DNA of 16,196 bases from Paraphysomonas bandaiensis (lineage: Eukaryota > Protista > Chrysophyceae): assembly GCA_965644295.1 (NCBI GenBank), contig CBFFRP010000274.1, positions 1 to 16,196 on the forward strand, read 5' to 3'. The notes below the pieces were generated by a model. It did no database searches, was not told the DNA's origin, and saw only the letters and a list, made by a program, of their open reading frames with translations. A program made the position numbers and the translations under genes. Shown piece after piece: positions 10,150 through 16,196 of this stretch. Numbering within the stretch: position 1 is the first letter of the stretch; each line of letters begins with the position of its first letter.

Positions 10150-11491
10150 TAAAAATTAGGCTACAGTCTAAGGGCATCGCGATGTACCAAAGAAATAAAG
10201 ATATCCTTTTGGGGTGTAGATTCATTCAATATTTCAGCAAGTACATCTGCATCTTCAAAGCATAGGCTGTAATCCACTTCCGGAGTTCGTATGAGTACAT
10301 CCTTCTATGACCAGAAGCTCTTCAGGGGGATTAATATCCTATAGAAAAAAGTATAATGTGTGACTAGTAGAAAAAAAGTGACCAGTACGCAGAAAAGGCT
10401 AATAGGTCTCGCAGTTCTATCCATTAAGATTGGAGGTGCCTGAATACGGCGGTACTAAATCATTTCTCGTATTCACCAGGATTCGCCATTGTTGCGCTAA
10501 ACTATCATTGTTGATACATAAGCCGCCGCGTACTCATCAGATAGAAATGTTTTACATGCAGTAGAATCAGAACTGTCTAGCTGTGTTGTCAATCAGCTCG
10601 GATGATATTCGCTATCCATTTTCATCATATGAGCCTAAATCCATTGTGAATTTTATTCCACGATTTTCAAAAGTCGAGGCATATCGCTGCATACCAACTC
10701 GCTTCAGTCCTTCGTGTATTGTTACAACTGTAACTTGCCGAGAACGAGCAGACTTTGCCCCACTTTAAGAAAATAACCCTGAAGGGTTGTCAGTGAAGTT
10801 CATTCGATAGAAGCTTACCTTCGAATTCGGAGGCTAACCCTTCTTCTCCAGGATAAAACTGCAAAAACAACTATAGCGTCCACATCCTGTTGAGTGGAGC
10901 ATCCCTCAAATACTCTGCTTAGGAGTTAGCTATAGTCATTATTAAATCCTTCATACTCCAATAGGCTATAGAAAAGCGTAAACATGTCACAACATACGTA
11001 GAGAAAGAGGTGTATATTATTGTTCCAGAGACAAACTTCGTGCGTTAAATCAGCATAGATATATCGAGGATGTGCGAGCCTTTCACACCACATAACAGCA
11101 TTACAATTGAGGTTCGTAATATGAGTAGTAATGGTTGACGATACACAGAGAAAGACCGCGAACTGAACGAAACAACTTGACAAACTCATTATCTTGATCA
11201 AGTCTTGAATACAAGGGTTGCTATATTGCGCAATGAGCCCAGTGATCTCACATCTATAAATAACAGAACATATACGTGGAAATCTAACGAGGCAGGAGAC
11301 AAAGACATTTTGAATCCTGAAAATACAAAATACTGAATCTGTGTGGCTGTTTCAAGATACTAAAACCTGGACTTTTCCAATAAATACTGGGTTTTGTTCT
11401 ACAAGACTATCGGTGTAGGAAACTTGATTTGTTGCTTGCCAGCTGCTGGATGTACTCTCTTATACTCTGTATCTGCCATCATCAACACGAC
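10150..11491 (-). pseudogene. Decayed, intron-containing BCS1-like AAA+ ATPase gene with a SAM-like segment (boundaries approximate)
   Basis: Minus-strand fragments lie between GT-AG sites: (G)RVD at 11481-11491, 'SLSPASL', 'YLRDAPLN' with 'DVDAI' in a shifted frame, 'LFLQFYPGEEGLASEF' (10823-10870, resembling the BCS1 lid MF.rFYPG), and 'LKRVGMQRYASTFENRGIKFTMDL' (10636-10707, SAM-like). They are interrupted by in-frame TAG/TAA, frameshifts and deletions. Confidence 0.5.
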
Positions 11492-11549
11492 CTACACATA
11501 TCATTCATAATTCATATACATATAGACATCACCACCCAGTGGTGATATC

Positions 11550-12767
11550 ATGATATCCAGCCAGTATTTTGCAGGAAATCAATTGAATAGATCCATCGGT
11601 GATCGTAAGAATGAATCCTTTCTACTTGATGTACTCAGCGAATCCTCCACAAGAGTCCTGGTGGTAACCTCTGATAAACGTGGAGTTAAAACAGTACTGT
11701 GTGAATGCTCGAATACATACTGTCTTCACTTCATGCCCGCCTCATATGCCGTGAAGTTGACGAACTTCACAAACCTCACGTGTGTAGTTGATTTATATCA
11801 GGTCGTTTTGCTTGGATTTAACGAGGAGCACTCCTGCTGGAATGTTGCTATCGACATACCTGATGCAAGTGACAAATTGAAACTACTTTATCAAGATTTT
11901 GTGTCTAATTACAGCTTTGAAAGTGGGCGCTCTTTGCTAACAAAAATAAAAGGTTCTGATCTGGCCGTCGCTGGTCAAGCGGTTTCCATGTGCACATGGC
12001 ACGATTCCAACTTGTATAGCGGCAGAAATGGCCTTCCCACTATGTCTATCGAATGCGGAATGAAAAGAAAAGTTGCCGGAAGTGATTTGACCGGTCATAG
12101 TGCACAGAAGCTGTATCCTCGCATTGACCCAGTTGCTATTGTGGCTGTACTGTCTCCAGACTTGCAGCACATACTTCTTGGTCACATGAACAGAAGCCCC
12201 ACCAACTTCTACTCCTGTTTGTCAGGGTTCGTAGAACCCTGTGAGTCTGTTCAAGAAGCTGTATGTAGGGAAGTATTCGAAGAATCAGGTGTCTTTGTCG
12301 ACCAATCATCCGTGCGTATTGTTGATTCTCAGCCGTGGCCCATTGGTCGCGGGGGTGGTTGTGAGCTGATGATTGGATGCATTGCCATTGCCTCAACCAC
12401 TGAAATTAATATTGGGGATTGTGAAGTTTGTAGCGTGAAATGGTTTTCCGTTGCTGAAGCTTACGGTATGTTAGTACAATCTCGGAGCACTGGTGAAATT
12501 ATCACTAACAAAGTAACCCCCTCACATCCTTACATACCGGGAGTGTATGCTATTGCGCACCATTTGGTGGGACTTTTTGTATCCATCCACTCGCGTGAAG
12601 TCGTTGCAACAAGTCCATATGGGGATATTATTTCTGACCTACGGAGGATAAATGACACTGTTTGTGCTGACAATGAAAACACGTTATCTTTTCCGCGAAA
12701 ACTGCCTACTTTGCTGTTTGCAATTCCCGCATTGATGTTTTTTGCATGCCGTTTATTTTGTCAATAG
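11550..12767 (+). CDS. Nudix hydrolase of the NADH pyrophosphatase family (NudC/NPY1/NUDT12-13/plant NUDX19-like), 405 aa, intronless
   Basis: Nudix box GFVEPCESVQEAVCREVFEESGV fits GX5EX7REUXEEXGU. Also present: the family-diagnostic SQPWP, 'YPRIDPVAI', N-terminal 'YFAGNQLNR' and a hydrophobic C-terminal tail. Confidence 0.9.
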   Translation: MISSQYFAGNQLNRSIGDRKNESFLLDVLSESSTRVLVVTSDKRGVKTVLCECSNTYCLHFMPASYAVKLTNFTNLTCVVDLYQVVLLGFNEEHSCWNVAIDIPDASDKLKLLYQDFVSNYSFESGRSLLTKIKGSDLAVAGQAVSMCTWHDSNLYSGRNGLPTMSIECGMKRKVAGSDLTGHSAQKLYPRIDPVAIVAVLSPDLQHILLGHMNRSPTNFYSCLSGFVEPCESVQEAVCREVFEESGVFVDQSSVRIVDSQPWPIGRGGGCELMIGCIAIASTTEINIGDCEVCSVKWFSVAEAYGMLVQSRSTGEIITNKVTPSHPYIPGVYAIAHHLVGLFVSIHSREVVATSPYGDIISDLRRINDTVCADNENTLSFPRKLPTLLFAIPALMFFACRLFCQ

Positions 12768-13047
12768 TTCGAAATCACACTCTATTTTCTTTTTAATTAT
12801 ATCGAGCTTGATTTATGGTCTGTATATATTCTTTATTTCCTATCCTCTTAGTATACATGTGTTTGCAGAGGTAACCATGTCTAGCAGTCAGCTATCAGGG
12901 CTGCGTAGTAATTAATTGTCAATTATAATTGCAATTATTACTTTCTGTTCCACTTAATTGATACCAAACTGCATATACTCAAGTAGCTATACATTAGCTA
13001 CCAACATAGCTTGCTCGCCGGTAATTTCGTTCCAGAGGCGACGATTC

Positions 13048-13363
13048 ATGCTTGTGCGATACAAGGGGCACAAATAAAAAGTGTCACTTGCGTAGACGTA
13101 TTTTTGGGCCTTGACTAATAAACAGGCATCCGGGAATGAGCCCACCTAATTGCAAGGGTATCAGGGGTATTGGGCTGCCTACTGAAGCATCCTGGTACAG
13201 AGAGCAAAAGTGGTTGCACCTTGGTGCTTGCGGTGATGCACATGCAGCTTTCGTAGCATTAAATAGTAGGATATCAGAGTTAAGCACTAGTTAGTTAAAC
13301 TGTTTTGCTAGATTAGTTTTGACTCTAAACGCCTATTGCTACGTAGTAATCAGACTTTCACTA
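13048..13363 (+). mobile_element. Non-autonomous LINE-related element, copy D (5'-truncated, lacks the ribozyme-like head)
   Basis: 13048-13192 aligns to 9169-9308, and 13201-13270 matches 9331-9400 at 61/70. It ends AACGCCTATTGCTA...TAATCAGACTTTCACTA, as the LINE does at 1178-1210. Confidence 0.85.
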
Positions 13364-13819
13364 CCATAATTTTTTTTTCGTAAATATTGGATTTCCTCAA
13401 CTCAAAAATTGGTGGTATTATTTACTCTATGTAGCCTCTTGCTACTCGTAGCAATAATTCAACGTGGTATTCTAATTATATTATACATGACACAGAGGAG
13501 AGATAGTAAATATAGTTATATTGAACTCAGTTATAAAGAGGCTACATCGTCCTGAGGTTAAATTTACAAGGAACGATACTTTTTATCCATAGGCTAAATG
13601 GCTAAATTGTAGGTTATCCTGATGATGTTGAAACCTATTATTTATTAGTATACGTATAATATGTTCGTATCTTGCTGGTAGAAGAAATATCTACCCCCTG
13701 ATTAATATTAAGAAAACAAATGAAAAATTCAAGCATACCAGGTATTATATGCCAAGTACGATAATTCTGAGGGATACGGGTGAAAATACAGTTCAACAAA
13801 AAGTTACACCTTCTTAGCT

Positions 13820-14698
13820 CGCACCAAGCTCAATGTCTCAGTTGAGACCGTGGTTGTGTTACATCAGCGGGTCCAGGCTCAGATTGTCTTCTCCTCCCCA
13901 CGCAGGGCTGTATTTTGTATCACACCACACTGCCGACAAACACCTTGTCTTACCATGTTGTACATGCTTCCCGTTCGATAACGTGGCTTTGCAACCATTC
14001 TCTTCACTAACGCCGTCAGTTAAACTAAGTGCCTGCACCACTGCAGCGCTGTCAGTTCCTATTGGACATCTCCCTTGTAGACGTATCTGTCTCACACACC
14101 GTTCTCTACGGTTACACCACTCATCGCATGGCTCGTGCGGGTAGGCACTCGAAAACGGTTCACTTGTTCATTCGCTAACACCCATGTTTTCCATCGGCCC
14201 CGCTACCTTGGAAGACAGGACCATTTCTTGACGACCGCACAAACCAACCCAGCATGGTTAGTCTGTGCGTCTATGCACCAAGCAGAGCACCCCCTCACCC
14301 TGTTTGCCTATCATCCCCACAGCCCATACATCTCATTGGATGGACACAGTATTCCGCATACGGTATACCCGACTACTGTACTACTGTGTCCGTAGAGAAA
14401 GTATGCGGTACTCGGTCTGGTTGTTAACGGACGTTGCTAATCGTATACGGACGGAATACCCCCGTTGCCTTTTTTGCACAGTCTACGCTACAGGTAGTCG
14501 AAAGCAAGGTTCTCTTTGTAGTTGCTACAGAACTCCTTTTAGTAAGAGGAAATTATGCTTCTAGTCTACAGCCGTACACAAATTACTGCATACTATAACA
14601 CCATACACTCCTATGTGCTCTATGCGTATCTTATACAGTCACTTCAAGTACTAAACTGAAAAGAACATTTCCTATCTACTGCGCTGTATTCTTCTTCG
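13820..14698 (-). repeat. Possible 3' LTR / non-coding tail of the copia element (limits uncertain)
   Basis: It follows a purine-rich ACAGGGGCG just after the RNase H end on the minus strand and is visibly more GC-rich than the AT-rich flank below ~13820. No second LTR is in the window, and no clear TG...CA ends were seen. Confidence 0.3.
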
Positions 14699-16196
14699 CG
14701 CCCCTGTGGCATGTGTATCCGCTTCCTGCGATACAACATGTCAGATTCACCCTGAAGGGGCTTCGTTAACACATCGGCCAACATCTTCCCAGTTGGTAAG
14801 TACTCCAGCTTGATGTAACCATTATCATGCTGTTCTTTGACCAAAGCTTGTCTCACGCGCAGGTATTTAGACCTGTATTTGCCTCCTCCCTTCGTCACGA
14901 GGCTGATGTTCGAAATATTGTCCTGGAACACTACAGGTGGGTCCAGTTTGTAACCCTGCGCACATATGAACTCATGTATCTTCATCGCACAGGAAAACAT
15001 ATCCGATAGGCCAACCAACTCTGATTCGGTGGAGTCCTTAGTCACGATACGCTGCTTCGTGGACCTACATAACACAGTTGCTTCCCCGACCTGAACCACC
15101 ACACCGGTATGACCTTTTCCGTCTGTGTGCAAAGCAAATGACGCATCAATGAAAACTCTTACACTCATTTCTTCCCCTATTCTTGGGTGCAGGACTTTGT
15201 CACTGGTCTGTGCGACGTACTTCAACACACGCTCCACCTTCTGTTGATCCTCGCGCGTCGGACTCTTCACTTTGGTGGCAAGGTAAGCCACGCTCAACAG
15301 AATATCAGGTCTCACTCTTGTCGCCAGATATAGTAGCTTGGCCACCACGGAATGAAAACTAGCTGTCTCCTTTCTGCTCAATCTCTGAGTTTCGCTCTGG
15401 GAGAACAATGAGGATGTCGCCGGAGACGCTGCTCTCTGCCTGCGGCCGCTGCCTCTTCCAGTACCCCGTCTAGGTAGGCCTTCATCGATATCACTGCCTT
15501 TCCGTCGGCTACACTCACATGCATACCTATGTACGACATGTCGCTGTCATCGCAGTACTTTACCTCACCATACTGTTTTTTTAACTGTTCCACCAGCCAC
15601 ACTGTGTCACTCTTGTCCTGCGACATTACTAACAAGTCGTCCACGTGTAGGGTTACCGTGCACTGGTTGCCATTGACCGTTCTGTTGAACACGCATTGGT
15701 CCACTGTGTTAGCCACAAATCCGATTGACTCCAGGTAAGCTCTTATAGTGTTGTACCAGAGCTTTGCGCTTTGAACACATCCATACAATGCCTTATCCAG
15801 GCGTACTAGGAGTCTCCCCCGCTCATCAATGTAAGGTTGAATTGAGGGGTCAAGCTTCTTCATAATCGTCGCCAGCATGGGCTCCAGCTCCATGGTCACT
15901 TCCTCGCCGGTCATCTCCGCATTCAGGTACGCGCCGCCAATGTCCACAGTTGATATGTGTCTCCCTTCTTTCGCCGCTATATAGCTAAACAAGTGAATAC
16001 TGATTGCAATGCTACCGTAGGTGATGACGTGTCGGTGAAAGTTTTCGATCTTGCTCGTACACCCCTTTGTCACTCCCTCCATCATCGTCATCATCATCGT
16101 GATCGTCAACCAGTTCTGGAATTTCTGTTGTGTCTTCCAGCTCATTTTTATCGGGCTCTCTCGGTGCTTCGGTCATTTCGTTCTCGCCAGTCTCGG
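14644..16196 (-). mobile_element. Ty1/copia LTR retrotransposon pol remnant (RT + RNase H), inactivated; continues beyond the window
   Basis: RT motifs DIGGAYLNA, LDKALYG, DQCVF, LHVDDL and RPDI. RNase H motifs DASFALH, STESELVG, QDN and ADVLTKPLQG. Frameshifts occur near 16038, 15980 and 15435, and the RT N-terminus is missing. Confidence 0.95.

Noticed and set aside
10550-11470. Alternative genetic code (TAA/TAG read-through) to explain in-frame stops
   Set aside because: The NEK and Nudix genes have no internal TAA/TAG and end at TAA and TAG. The region also has frameshifts, so pseudogenisation is simpler.
1021-13270. CRISPR array or LTR pair from the four repeated blocks
   Set aside because: Copies are kilobases apart, irregularly spaced and diverged, with no TG...CA ends, PBS or cas genes. 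The context is eukaryotic.
1021-13363. All four related copies are on the + strand
   Set aside because: With four copies this happens by chance 1 time in 8.
13021-13385. TSD for copy D (TAATTTCGT vs TAATTTTTTTTTCGT)
   Set aside because: Low complexity, imperfect, and the left copy lies ~17 bp from the homology boundary.
13833-14564. ORFs of 78-103 aa as an extra copia gene or the gag of a second element
   Set aside because: No complete CCHC knuckle, protease or other motif was found, and several overlapping frames have similar length.

Overview
Eukaryotic genomic DNA with short GT-AG introns. The copia motifs suggest a stramenopile or algal host, but that is inference. Host genes: an intronless NTF2/SnoaL-like gene (-), a 14-exon NIMA-related (NEK1-like) kinase of about 1010 aa (+), a decayed BCS1-like AAA+/SAM pseudogene (-) and an intronless NADH-pyrophosphatase-type Nudix hydrolase (+). 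Mobile DNA: the 3' end of a non-LTR retrotransposon (ORF2 CCHC knuckle plus 3' UTR) at the left edge and a dead Ty1/copia pol at the right edge. The main observation is a family of three short non-coding elements (7696-8640, 9036-9512, 13048-13363) whose 3' block matches the 3' UTR of that LINE. The best copy has a perfect 11-bp target-site duplication and begins exactly at a sequence with HDV-like (delta) ribozyme topology. This looks like a LINE plus a ribozyme-headed, bipartite non-autonomous partner. All alignments and folds were done by eye, and no searches were run.
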